From the NCBI RefSeq assembly GCF_000009605.1, contig NC_002528.1:600001-632000 (forward strand): 32,000 nt of DNA, given 5' to 3'. The notes beneath the pieces are model-generated. The model ran no database searches and was not told the origin of the DNA. It worked only from the letters and a program-made list of their open reading frames with translations. The stretch is from Buchnera aphidicola str. APS (Acyrthosiphon pisum) (GTDB taxonomy: Bacteria > Pseudomonadota > Gammaproteobacteria > Enterobacterales > Enterobacteriaceae). The number at the start of each line of letters is the position of its first letter. Within the stretch, counting starts at the first letter, position 1. The position numbers were made by a program, and so were the translations under genes. Positions 18,781-28,112 of the stretch are shown piece after piece.

Positions 18781-19521
18781 ATGAAAATATATTTAAAATT
18801 CAAATCTTACAATAAAAGAATATGTAAATTACTTCAGTTATTTAAATTAGAACATGATCAAAACTGTTCGATGGGTTTGTTGATAAATCATAACTCATTA
18901 GAGTTATATAATCGTGACAATGTAAATCAAAAACCTATAAAAGTTGATTTTACTTCGAAAAAAAATCATTATCGTTGTCATCATTTTCGTAGAAAAAATG
19001 AAGTTTTATATAGAGTTTCAGGAATAAAAAATTCTTATTTTCCTACCATATTAGATGCTACTGCCGGTTTAGGGAACGATGCTTTCATATTTTCTTTTTT
19101 AGGATGTAAAGTTATAATGATAGAACGTCATCCAATAGTTGCAGCTTTATTAAAAGATGGATTACAGAGGGGATATCAAGATAAAAAAATAGGTCATTGG
19201 TTACAAACAAGATTGCATTTAATTGTCAATGATAGTTTAAAAATGTTAGAAATCCCTATTTTGCAACCAGATGTAATTTATTTAGATCCTATGTATCCTT
19301 TTCATCATAAAAAATCTTTACCTAAAAAAGATATGCAATTTTTTAGACAACTTATAGGTCATAATTATGATTCTAAAAAATTATTAGAAGTTTCTCGGAA
19401 ATTAGCAAAAAATAGGATTATCGTAAAACGACCTTATTATGCAAAACCTTTATCTGAAGATAAAGTGAATCATATTGTTACCACAAGAAATCATCGTTTT
19501 GATATATATCAACCTTTTTAA
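18781..19521 (+). CDS. rsmJ: 16S rRNA (guanine1516-N2)-methyltransferase RsmJ (YhiQ)
   Basis: 246-aa ORF. The SAM-methyltransferase core (ILDATAGLGNDAFIFSFLGCKVIMIERHP, VIYLDPMYP) is collinear with E. coli YhiQ/RsmJ. Confidence 0.85.
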   Translation: MKIYLKFKSYNKRICKLLQLFKLEHDQNCSMGLLINHNSLELYNRDNVNQKPIKVDFTSKKNHYRCHHFRRKNEVLYRVSGIKNSYFPTILDATAGLGNDAFIFSFLGCKVIMIERHPIVAALLKDGLQRGYQDKKIGHWLQTRLHLIVNDSLKMLEIPILQPDVIYLDPMYPFHHKKSLPKKDMQFFRQLIGHNYDSKKLLEVSRKLAKNRIIVKRPYYAKPLSEDKVNHIVTTRNHRFDIYQPF

Positions 19522-19527
19522 AAAATA

Positions 19528-19560
19528 ATAGGAGTACATTTCTTTAACACGTACTCCTAT
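19528..19560. terminator. Hairpin between convergent rsmJ and pitA (perfect 10-bp stem, 13-nt loop)
   Basis: ATAGGAGTAC (19528-19537) pairs with GTACTCCTAT (19551-19560). It starts 7 nt after the rsmJ stop. Confidence 0.5.
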
Positions 19561-19603
19561 CTAATCAAATAATTTTACAAAAAAATACTAAAAATCAATA
19601 TTT

Positions 19604-21076
19604 TTATATTAAAAATAATGCAATCCAGTACAAAAAGCTAGATAATAGCATAGAAACCGGTAAAGTTAATATCCATGCTAAAGCAATATTTTTAATAGTT
19701 TTTGTTTGAATTCCATCACCATCGATTAACATAGTTCCTGCTACAGAAGATGAAAGAATATGTGTAGTAGAAACTGGTATACCTGTATAACTTGCAATTC
19801 CAATAGAAAAAGAAGCTGTTATTTGAGCTGACATAGCTTGTGCATATGTCATTCTTTTTTTTCCTATTTTTTCACCAATAGTAACAACTATACGTTTCCA
19901 ACCTATCATTGTTCCTATTGATAAAGATAGCGCAACGATTAATATAATCCACATAGGCGCGTACTCAATTGTTTTAAGTATTACTTTTTTACTGTGTATC
20001 AGAAAACGTTTATCTTTGGAACAGATATCAGAAGAATTTACTTTTTTATCAATTGAATCAGAAATACATAATAAATAATGACGCAATTGAAATCTTTTTT
20101 TAATGCTTAAATCGTTATAGTTAGATATATTTTTTAATAATAATTTAGTATTTTTAATATTTTTTATAGAATTGTAAGATTGAGATCTTACAACTAAATT
20201 ATTGATTTCCTCTTTATTTTTTATAATATTTGATTTTTTTATATTTTTTTCTAAAAAATATTTTTCTAAATGATTAAGTGTATGTTTTGTACAGTTTATT
20301 TCATATTTATTAGTATTTAAATTTACTAAGAAAGAAGAGGGTACAATTCCTATTAGTACAAGCATTATTAATCCAATGCCTTTTTGCCCATCATTTGCAC
20401 CATGAGCATAACTTACACCAATAGATGAAAGAATTAATGCCATTCTAATTAGAAATGGTGGTATTTTTTTACCATCTTTTTCTTTACGCTCTAATGGTGT
20501 CATATGAATGCGATAAAAAATTTTATTATTATTTAGATAATATCGTAGTAAAAATATTAAACTACCAGCTATTATGAGCCCAATAATAGGAGAAAAAACA
20601 AGCGATAAAAAAACACTTGTCATTTTAGGAATGTTGAATGCATCTACTAAAGACGAATCTGTAACGAAGGCATTAGTTAAACCTATTCCGATAATTGCTC
20701 CAATAAGGGAATGTGAACTTGAAGCAGGTAAACAAAAATACCATGTAGATAGATTCCAAATTATAGCTGCTAATAACATTGAAAATACCATAGCAAGGGC
20801 ATTTTTTGAAGTAGCATTTAACAATAAATCATTTGGTAATAAATGTACAATGGTATAAGCAACAGTTAAACCACCTAGTAAAACACCTAAAAAATTAAAT
20901 ATACCTGACATGATAACTGCAACATGTGCAGACATTGCTCGAGTATATATTAAAGTTGATACCGCATTTGCTGTATCATGAAAACCATTGATGGCTTCAT
21001 AAAATAACACAAAAAATAGAGCTAAAAAAACTAATAAACTATGATTCAAATCAGAATAAGAAAATAAATGTAGCAT
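19604..21076 (-). CDS. pitA: Low-affinity inorganic phosphate transporter (PHO4/PiT family)
   Basis: 490-aa multi-TM ORF with duplicated PiT signatures (GFHDTANAV near the N-terminus, [11 protein letters not shown] mid-protein, [12 protein letters not shown] near the C-terminus) and a large central loop, as in E. coli PitA. Confidence 0.9.
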   Translation of the reverse strand: MLHLFSYSDLNHSLLVFLALFFVLFYEAINGFHDTANAVSTLIYTRAMSAHVAVIMSGIFNFLGVLLGGLTVAYTIVHLLPNDLLLNATSKNALAMVFSMLLAAIIWNLSTWYFCLPASSSHSLIGAIIGIGLTNAFVTDSSLVDAFNIPKMTSVFLSLVFSPIIGLIIAGSLIFLLRYYLNNNKIFYRIHMTPLERKEKDGKKIPPFLIRMALILSSIGVSYAHGANDGQKGIGLIMLVLIGIVPSSFLVNLNTNKYEINCTKHTLNHLEKYFLEKNIKKSNIIKNKEEINNLVVRSQSYNSIKNIKNTKLLLKNISNYNDLSIKKRFQLRHYLLCISDSIDKKVNSSDICSKDKRFLIHSKKVILKTIEYAPMWIILIVALSLSIGTMIGWKRIVVTIGEKIGKKRMTYAQAMSAQITASFSIGIASYTGIPVSTTHILSSSVAGTMLIDGDGIQTKTIKNIALAWILTLPVSMLLSSFLYWIALFLI

Positions 21077-21226
21077 AATCTTTAAGCCATTTTGATGAAT
21101 TGAACTAAGTTTATTATCTGTGAGAAACTATGTTTGAGGAAAGTAAAATATCAAATTTATTTTACATAAAACTTTATAGAATATAAATGTATCGATTTTA
21201 GTCGTAATAGTATTTTTATAAAAAAA

Positions 21227-22459
21227 TTAAAAATATTTATTTTTAAAATTTTTTTGTTTTAATTTAAAAGATAAAAAAACTCCAAAAAATAACATTGTTA
21301 TAATAAAAACAGAAATTCCAAGCCACTGCATATGAAACCAAAAAAAACCACCAAATGTACCAAATACACTGGAACCAAGATAATAAAAAAATAGATATAA
21401 AGATGTAGCTTGAATTTTAGCAATATTCGAATATGAACCAACCCAACTACTAGCTGTAGAATGCGATGCAAAAAAACCACCTGAAAATATTATTAATCCT
21501 AAGATTATTATAAATAGTTGATTATACTGTGTAATAAACAAACCTATTATCATCAACATTAATGACACAATAAGAATATTATTGCGATTATATTTATTAA
21601 TCAGAACACCAGCTTTAGGTGAACTATATACTCCAGTTAAATAAATAGTAGATAGCAATCCTATGCTGGATTGACAAAGAAAAAATGGTTCTAACATCAA
21701 ACGATAACCAATATAATTAAAAATAGTAACAAAACTGCCCATTAATATAAAACCTATGATAAACAAAAAAAATAGTACTCTATTTTTTAATTGTAAATAA
21801 AAACGATGTAAACATTTATGAAAATTAATAGAAACAGATAAAAAATTTTTAGAAGGGGGTAAAAAATATAAAAAAAAACAAGATGATATAAAAGAAAATA
21901 AACCAATTACCATTAAGGAAATGCTCCAAGAGAATTTTTCGGCTAAAATACTACTTAAGAGTCTTCCTAAAAAACCACCTATTGTATTTCCACTAATATA
22001 CAAACCCATACAAAAAGACAAAGAATTAGGGTGTATTTCTTCACTAATATAGGTCATAGCAACAGCAACAACACCACTTAGTGCTAAACCTGTCAATGCT
22101 CGTAGTAAAACAATACTTATCCAACTAGTCATCATTGAACATATCATAGTTAACATTGCTGCTATAAATAAAGAAGTAGACATAATTGATTTTCTACCAA
22201 TTATATCAGATAATGGTCCTGTAAATAGCATGCCTAAAGACATGGTTATAGTCGCAGCGGACAGAGCTAAACTACTTTCTGCCGGAGTCAAATAAAATTG
22301 TTTGGAAAACATTGGTAAAATTGATTGTACACAATATAAGATCGAAAAAGTAGCAAAACCACCAGAAAAAAGAGCTAAAATTACTTGATTAAATTTTTTT
22401 GTGTTTTTTTTTATATATTGTTTTTCTAATAATTGTTTTTTATTTTTTAATAAAGTCAA
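21227..22459 (-). CDS. ynfM: MFS transporter, YnfM-like
   Basis: 410-aa ORF with about 12 predicted TM segments and the MFS loop motif GPLSDIIGRK. Its length and position match the ynfM call of Buchnera genomes (from memory). The substrate is unknown. Confidence 0.75.
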   Translation of the reverse strand: MTLLKNKKQLLEKQYIKKNTKKFNQVILALFSGGFATFSILYCVQSILPMFSKQFYLTPAESSLALSAATITMSLGMLFTGPLSDIIGRKSIMSTSLFIAAMLTMICSMMTSWISIVLLRALTGLALSGVVAVAMTYISEEIHPNSLSFCMGLYISGNTIGGFLGRLLSSILAEKFSWSISLMVIGLFSFISSCFFLYFLPPSKNFLSVSINFHKCLHRFYLQLKNRVLFFLFIIGFILMGSFVTIFNYIGYRLMLEPFFLCQSSIGLLSTIYLTGVYSSPKAGVLINKYNRNNILIVSLMLMIIGLFITQYNQLFIIILGLIIFSGGFFASHSTASSWVGSYSNIAKIQATSLYLFFYYLGSSVFGTFGGFFWFHMQWLGISVFIITMLFFGVFLSFKLKQKNFKNKYF

Positions 22460-22492
22460 AATATAGCCTCTTTGTAAGTAAAAAAATAGTTT

Positions 22493-23347
22493 TTATATAT
22501 ATATATAACCATCATAGACATGTTTTGCAGGTCCTACCATATAAAGAGGAGTTCCAAAACCTTTCCAAATTATAATCAGCTTTCCACCCAATAATTCGAC
22601 ATGAACAGTGTCAGAAAGTAATTTTTGCGCAATACCTACTGCAACTGCAGCACAAGCCGCACTACCACAAGCTTTTGTTTCACCCACATTACGTTCATAC
22701 ACTCTCAATTTAATATGTTTTTTATTTAAAATTTCCATAAAACTTACGTTAACACCTTCTGGAAATATAGGATTTTTTTCTATACTATCGCCGATAATAT
22801 TAACAGGAGCATTTTTAACAGATTGTACTTTAATAATACAATGAGGATTTCCAATAGATACTAGATTACAGATCAAATTTTCATTCATAAGTTTTATTGA
22901 AAAATTATTATCTAAAACATTTTGTAATGAAGATAAATTATAAAATTTAAAATCAGGTTCATTCATGTTTACTTTGATCATATTTTCAGTTAAAAATTCA
23001 ATAGTTAAAGGTTTTTTTTTAGTACTAATTAAAATTTTCTTTTTATTAGTCAAACCTTTAAGCAATAGAAATAGACCAAAGCACCGAGCACCATTTCCAC
23101 ACTGTTCAACTTCATTGCCATTTGCATTAAAAATTCGATAATGAAAATCAGTTAGAAGAGAATTTGATTTTTCTACAAGTAATAATTGATCAAAACCAAT
23201 GCCGGTATATCGATTAGATAATTTTTTTATTATATGTGATGTTAAAAAGACATTTTTTTTAATGCAATTGATAACCATAAAATCATTCTTCAATCCATGC
23301 ATCTTAGAAAAATTGATTTTTTTTTTATTTTTATAGTATGAATCCAT
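22493..23347 (-). CDS. dapF: Diaminopimelate epimerase
   Basis: [14 protein letters not shown], the first catalytic Cys in [10 protein letters not shown] and the second in [12 protein letters not shown], collinear with E. coli DapF. The preferred start is ATG 23347, preceded by GAGGAA. The track ORF adds 21 unconserved codons. Confidence 0.9.
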   Translation of the reverse strand: MDSYYKNKKKINFSKMHGLKNDFMVINCIKKNVFLTSHIIKKLSNRYTGIGFDQLLLVEKSNSLLTDFHYRIFNANGNEVEQCGNGARCFGLFLLLKGLTNKKKILISTKKKPLTIEFLTENMIKVNMNEPDFKFYNLSSLQNVLDNNFSIKLMNENLICNLVSIGNPHCIIKVQSVKNAPVNIIGDSIEKNPIFPEGVNVSFMEILNKKHIKLRVYERNVGETKACGSAACAAVAVGIAQKLLSDTVHVELLGGKLIIIWKGFGTPLYMVGPAKHVYDGYIYI

Positions 23348-23534
23348 TTTTTCCTCAAAATAATAATTAGATTGTTTTTTTTGAAAATATTTATTCGTAA
23401 ATACTAACATTTTAATAATGAAATCTCATATTTTAATTTAATTAAAATAATAAGATGATATTTTTTATATAAATTTGATTATTTTTATTTTTTATAATTT
23501 GTTATAATTAAAAATTAAATCAAGGACTCGTTTC

Positions 23535-23885
23535 ATGAAAAAAAAATTAAACACCAAAAAAGAGAATAACAACTTTTATATATTAGTAAATGATTTGTTT
23601 TTAAAAATAGAAGATAATTTAAATTTGTATGAAAATGAAATCGATATTGATTATGAAATTCAAGACTATGTCATGACGATTACTTTTTCAAATAAAACTT
23701 TAATTATAATTAACAAACAAGAACCATTACAGCAAATTTGGCTAGCAACAATGCAAAATGGGTATCATTTTGATTATAAAAATAATCAATGGATTTGTAA
23801 TCGTAGTAATAAAAATTTTTGGGAGATATTTGAAAACGCATGTTCTATTCAATCAAATAAAGATTTAATTTTTTGTAAAAAATAA
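23535..23885 (+). CDS. cyaY: Frataxin homologue CyaY (iron-sulfur cluster assembly)
   Basis: 116-aa [38 protein letters not shown] aligns with E. coli CyaY [35 protein letters not shown]. Confidence 0.92.
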   Translation: MKKKLNTKKENNNFYILVNDLFLKIEDNLNLYENEIDIDYEIQDYVMTITFSNKTLIIINKQEPLQQIWLATMQNGYHFDYKNNQWICNRSNKNFWEIFENACSIQSNKDLIFCKK

Positions 23886-24013
23886 TATATATTAAATCCA
23901 AAAAAATATATATAAACATCAAAAAAGATAATTTTTTGTGTCTTTTAAAAATAAAAAATATTTTTATTTAATAAAATTATAAAAAATGCATCTATATTAA
24001 TACGAATCCCAAT

Positions 24014-24958
24014 ATGTACAATAAAACATTGAGAATTGCTACCAGAAAAAGTCCTTTAGCTTTGAAACAAACTAAATACGTTCAAAAAAAAATACTATCT
24101 TTATATCCAGACTTAAATATCAAATTAGTTCCTATTGTTACTCATGGAGATAATATTTTAAATAAATCTCTTTCAAAAATTGGAGGAAAAGGCTTATTTA
24201 TTAAAGAACTAGAACTTGCTTTACTTGAAAATAAAGCAGATATTGCTATTCATTCAATGAAAGATCTTCCGGTAAAAATTACAAAAGAATTATGTTTAGT
24301 TAGTATATGCAAAAGAGGAAATGCCTTAGATTCACTAGTATCTAATAATTATCAATCAATTAATCAGCTGCCCAAAGGTGCTATAGTCGGTACGTCTAGT
24401 TTAAGAAGACAATGTCAATTAATTACTTATCGACCAGATTTAATTATTTCTCCTTTAAGAGGTAATATAGAAACTAGGATAGCAAAATTAGATCAAGGAA
24501 AATATGATGCAATTATTTTAGCTACTGAAGGATTAAACAGATTAAGATTAAAAAATAGAATTACTCAGATCATACCTGCCGAATTATCTCTTCCTTCATG
24601 TGGACAAGGTGCAATTGGAATTCAATCCAGATTGCATGATAAAAAAGTATTATTTTTTTTGTCTCGTCTTAATCATATAAATACTTTTATTGAAATAAAT
24701 GCAGAAAGAGCTTTTTGTAGAAAACTAGAATCAGGATGTCAGATTCCCATTGGAAGTTATGCTATTTTGAAAAAAAATAAAATTTGGTTAAGAGGATTGG
24801 TGGGATCACCTAATGGCAAGATTATATTAAAAGGAGAACGAATAGGTTGTTATAATACAGGAGAAAAAATGGGGTATTCATTAGCAGATGAGCTGCTTAA
24901 AAATGGAGCTAAAAATATTCTTAATAATCTTCATATTAAACAATCTTATTGTATATGA
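24014..24958 (+). CDS. hemC: Porphobilinogen deaminase (hydroxymethylbilane synthase)
   Basis: 314-aa [29 protein letters not shown] and the cofactor Cys region [17 protein letters not shown] match E. coli HemC. Confidence 0.94.
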
Positions 24959-25712
24959 AAATACTAGTAATACGACCTTCTCCTACAGGAGAGGAATTAG
25001 TATATAATTTAAATAAAATTGGTATATCTTCTTGGCATTTTTCTTTATTTGATTTTTATCCAAGTTTTAGTCCAATTAGTTTATCAAAAAAAATTAATGA
25101 ACTATATCAATCCAAAGTTATTCTCGTTTTTTCTAAAAAGGCTATCTATTATACAAATTTATATTTAAAAAGTAATAATTTACAATGGCCTCTTCATGCA
25201 AAATATTATGCAATTGGAAAAAGCACTGCTCTTTTTCTTTTTAATTATATTAAAAAAAAATTATTTTTCCTAAAAAAAAAGAAAACAGTGAGAATTTATT
25301 GAAAATAATCAATAAAGACAAAATAAAAAATAATAGAATAATTTTATTACAAGGGGAAAATGGACGAAAATTAATAAAAAGAAGATTAGAAAAAGAAGGA
25401 TTTAAAATTTGTCTAATTGAATGTTATAAAAGAGTCTTCAAAATTTTAGATACTAATATGGAGGTAAAAAAATGGCGTTCATATAAAATAGATACTTTAG
25501 TAGTAACAAATAGCGAATCTTTACATCAGTTAAAAAATATTATTTCTAGTACTAATCAGATTCAATGGTTATTCGGATGCAGGATTTTTGTTGTCGGTAA
25601 AAGATTGTTTCGTATAGCAAAAAAATTAGGATGGAATGATGTAATAGTTTCAAAATATGCTAATAATGATTCTTTTATCAAAAAAATAAAAGAAACGAAT
25701 TTTAAAAATTAA
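24955..25712 (+). CDS. hemD: Uroporphyrinogen-III synthase, split into two frames at an A9 tract
   Basis: ATG 24955 overlaps the hemC stop (ATGA). [15 protein letters not shown] matches E. coli MSILVTRPSPAGEEL. Frame 1 stops at 25300-25302. The second frame is open from 25254 and continues [14 protein letters not shown]...[10 protein letters not shown], aligning with E. coli KILYPQDREISEVLL...ILRGNGGREL. One extra A in 25252-25260 joins them into 252 aa. Confidence 0.85.
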
Positions 25713-25717
25713 TTTTT

Positions 25718-25794
25718 TGGTCGGCGAAAGAGGATTTGAACCTCTGACCTACTGGTCCCAAACCAGTTGCGCTACCAAGCTGCGCTATTCGCCG
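25718..25794 (-). tRNA. tRNA-Pro (anticodon UGG), CCA encoded
   Basis: The reverse complement is CGGCGAATAGCGCAGCTTGGTAGCGCAACTGGTTTGGGACCAGTAGGTCAGAGGTTCAAATCCTCTTTCGCCGACCA, close to E. coli proM. Confidence 0.95.
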
Positions 25795-25830
25795 TTTTCA
25801 AATAAAAAAATATAATTTTCTTATTTTTTT

Positions 25831-25907
25831 TGGGGTGGCTAATGGGACTTGAACCCATGACCACTGGAATCACAATCCAGCACTCTACCAACTGAGCTAT
25901 AGCCACC
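25831..25907 (-). tRNA. tRNA-His (anticodon GUG) with encoded G-1 and CCA
   Basis: The reverse complement is GGTGGCTATAGCTCAGTTGGTAGAGTGCTGGATTGTGATTCCAGTGGTCATGGGTTCAAGTCCCATTAGCCACCCCA, with the anticodon loop ATTGTGA. Confidence 0.95.
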
Positions 25908-25935
25908 AATAATTTAAAAATTTTTTTATAAAAAA

Positions 25936-26009
25936 TGCGCTCGACAGGATTTGAACCTGATACCTCTACCTTCGGAGGGTAGCGCTCTATCCAACTGAGC
26001 TACGAGCGC
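25936..26009 (-). tRNA. tRNA-Arg (anticodon CCG), 3' CCA not encoded
   Basis: The reverse complement is GCGCTCGTAGCTCAGTTGGATAGAGCGCTACCCTCCGAAGGTAGAGGTATCAGGTTCAAATCCTGTCGAGCGCA followed by TTTTT. It resembles E. coli argX. Confidence 0.92.
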
Positions 26010-26029
26010 ATCAATATGAAACAAATTAG

Positions 26030-26058
26030 ATTTTAAAATTAATAATCCTAATTGTCCA
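26030..26058 (-). promoter_or_regulatory. Candidate sigma70 promoter of the tRNA Arg-His-Pro operon (TGGACA - 17 nt - TAAAAT)
   Basis: On the minus strand, an A7 tract plus GC is followed by TGGACA (26058-26053), a 17-nt spacer and TAAAAT (26035-26030). The tRNA-Arg 5' end is 21 nt further downstream. This is a motif match only. Confidence 0.35.
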
Positions 26059-26195
26059 GCTTTTTTTAGGAAATTTATATATAATAAATATTATTCATCA
26101 TTTTATTATGAAACACTTTATTTTTTTAAAATAAAATATTTCTTAAAAAAATAAATTATTTTTTATTAGATATAAATATGAAAATTTTTTAAAAT

Positions 26196-27455
26196 TTAAG
26201 AGCGTTTCATCATATCAAAAAATTCATCATTTGTTTTGGTCATTGCAAGTTTATTAAGCAAAAATTCCATTGCATCTATTTCACTCATAGGATGAATAAT
26301 TTTTCTTAAAATCCACATTTTTTGTAGTTCATCTGGCAAAGTTAATAATTCTTCTTTTCTAGTACCAGATCGATTATAATCAATAGCTGGAAAAACACGC
26401 TTTTCTGCAATTTTCCTAGATAATGGAAGCTCCATATTGCCTGTTCCTTTAAACTCTTCGTATATTACCTCATCCATTTTAGAACCAGTATCAACTAATG
26501 CAGTTGCAATGATTGTCAAACTTCCTCCTTCTTCCACATTACGCGCAGCACCAAAAAATCGCTTGGGTCTATGTAAAGCATTTGCATCTACTCCTCCAGT
26601 TAATACTTTTCCTGATGCAGGTACTACTGTATTATAGGCTCTTGCTAAACGAGTAATAGAATCAAGTAAAATTATTACATCTTTTTTATGTTCTACTAAT
26701 CTTTTTGCTTTTTCAATAACCATTTCAGCCACTTGAACATGTCTTGATGCAGGTTCGTCAAAAGTAGAGGCAACTACTTCTCCTTTAACTAATCTTTGCA
26801 TTTCAGTAACTTCTTCTGGTCTTTCATCAATCAATAATACCATTAAAACGCAATCTGGATGATTATAAGCAATACTTTGTGCTATATTTTGCAGTAATAT
26901 TGTTTTTCCTGCCTTTGGCGGAGCTACAATTAATCCTCTTTGTCCACGTCCGATTGGTGATGCTAAATCTAATACTCTTGCGGTTAAATCTTCGGTTGAT
27001 CCGTTTCCACGTTCCATTCGTAGTCTAGAATTGGCATGTAATGGTGTTAAATTTTCAAATAATATTTTGCTTCTTGCATTTTCAGGTTTATCATAATTTA
27101 CTTCGTTTACTTTAAGTAGAGCAAAATATCTTTCGCCTTCTTTAGGGGGTCTTATTTTTCCAGCAATAGTATCACCTGTACGTAGATTAAATCTACGAAT
27201 CTGACTCGGTGAAACATAAATATCATCAGGACCAGCTAAATAAGAGCTATCTGCAGAACGTAGAAAGCCAAATCCATCTTGTAGTATTTCTAAAACACCG
27301 TCGCCAAATATATCTTCTCCACTTTTTGCATGTTGTTTAAGGATGGCAAAAATAATATCTTGTTTACGCATACGCGCTAAATTTTCCAACCCCATTTTTT
27401 CACCAAGAGTAATTAATTCAGACACTGGCATATTTTTAAGTGCGGTAAGATTCAT
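26196..27455 (-). CDS. rho: Transcription termination factor Rho
   Basis: 419-aa ORF nearly collinear and highly similar to E. coli Rho ([54 protein letters not shown], Walker A APPKAGKT). It is visibly less AT-rich than its neighbours. Confidence 0.98.
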   Translation of the reverse strand: MNLTALKNMPVSELITLGEKMGLENLARMRKQDIIFAILKQHAKSGEDIFGDGVLEILQDGFGFLRSADSSYLAGPDDIYVSPSQIRRFNLRTGDTIAGKIRPPKEGERYFALLKVNEVNYDKPENARSKILFENLTPLHANSRLRMERGNGSTEDLTARVLDLASPIGRGQRGLIVAPPKAGKTILLQNIAQSIAYNHPDCVLMVLLIDERPEEVTEMQRLVKGEVVASTFDEPASRHVQVAEMVIEKAKRLVEHKKDVIILLDSITRLARAYNTVVPASGKVLTGGVDANALHRPKRFFGAARNVEEGGSLTIIATALVDTGSKMDEVIYEEFKGTGNMELPLSRKIAEKRVFPAIDYNRSGTRKEELLTLPDELQKMWILRKIIHPMSEIDAMEFLLNKLAMTKTNDEFFDMMKRS

Positions 27456-27584
27456 AATGGTGGGTTCTTAGTAAAATCGGGGTATATCTCAAAATAAAAA
27501 TTATGATATAATTTTAAAATTTATTGAAAAATTTTAAATAAAATGAAATTTTTGATGTATCTAATTAACTGATTTCAATGATTT

Positions 27585-27911
27585 TCAGTTAATATTTTCA
27601 TCTAAAAATTCTTTAAGTTCTAGTTTGGAAACTGCACCTACTTTAGTTGCAAGTACTTCGCTATTATTAAATAACAATAGTGTGGGGATACTTCTAATAG
27701 AATATACTGGAGCAGTATTTGGATTCTCTTCAATATTTAATTTTCCAACAATAACTTTATTAGAATATTCTTTTGATATTTCTTCTAAAATAGGCGCTAA
27801 AATTTTACAAGGATTGCACCATTGAGCCCAAAAATCAACTAAAAAAAAACTTTTTGAGTTTAAAACTTGTTCTTCAAAATTTTGGTCAGTTAGTTCGATT
27901 ATTTTATTCAT
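27585..27911 (-). CDS. trxA: Thioredoxin 1, with a variant CNPC active site
   Basis: 108-aa ORF collinear with E. coli TrxA ([31 protein letters not shown]). The active-site codons TGC AAT CCT TGT were checked directly at 27818-27807. Confidence 0.93.
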
Positions 27912-28112
27912 TTTAATGTATTTGCTCGATCGTAAGAAATGTTAAATAAATAAAATTTAAATTTTTGTAATTTAAAAGTGTATTCCAAGATAATATCATT
28001 TTTAATAATTTTTTAAAACTAAATTTAAAAAAATTTTATTTAAAATTATTTTTTTAATATTTGTTTTAAATTATATATTTTCAATTTTATATCTTCTTTT
28101 TTTTAGATGAAT

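Noticed and set aside
23348-23410. Longer N-termini offered by the ORF track for dapF (21 extra codons) and mtlD (TTG at 5456, 4 extra codons).
   Set aside because: The conserved N-terminal motifs start later. The dapF ATG at 23347 has a GAGGAA Shine-Dalgarno sequence. The mtlD ATG at 5444 reproduces the E. coli MKALHFGAGNIGRGF start.
27456-27584. The rho leader region, considered as a possible rhoL-type leader peptide or attenuator.
   Set aside because: I could find no convincing short ORF with a ribosome-binding site and no C-rich, G-poor rut-like tract in this AT-rich 129-nt spacer. The sequence alone is not enough to support a call.
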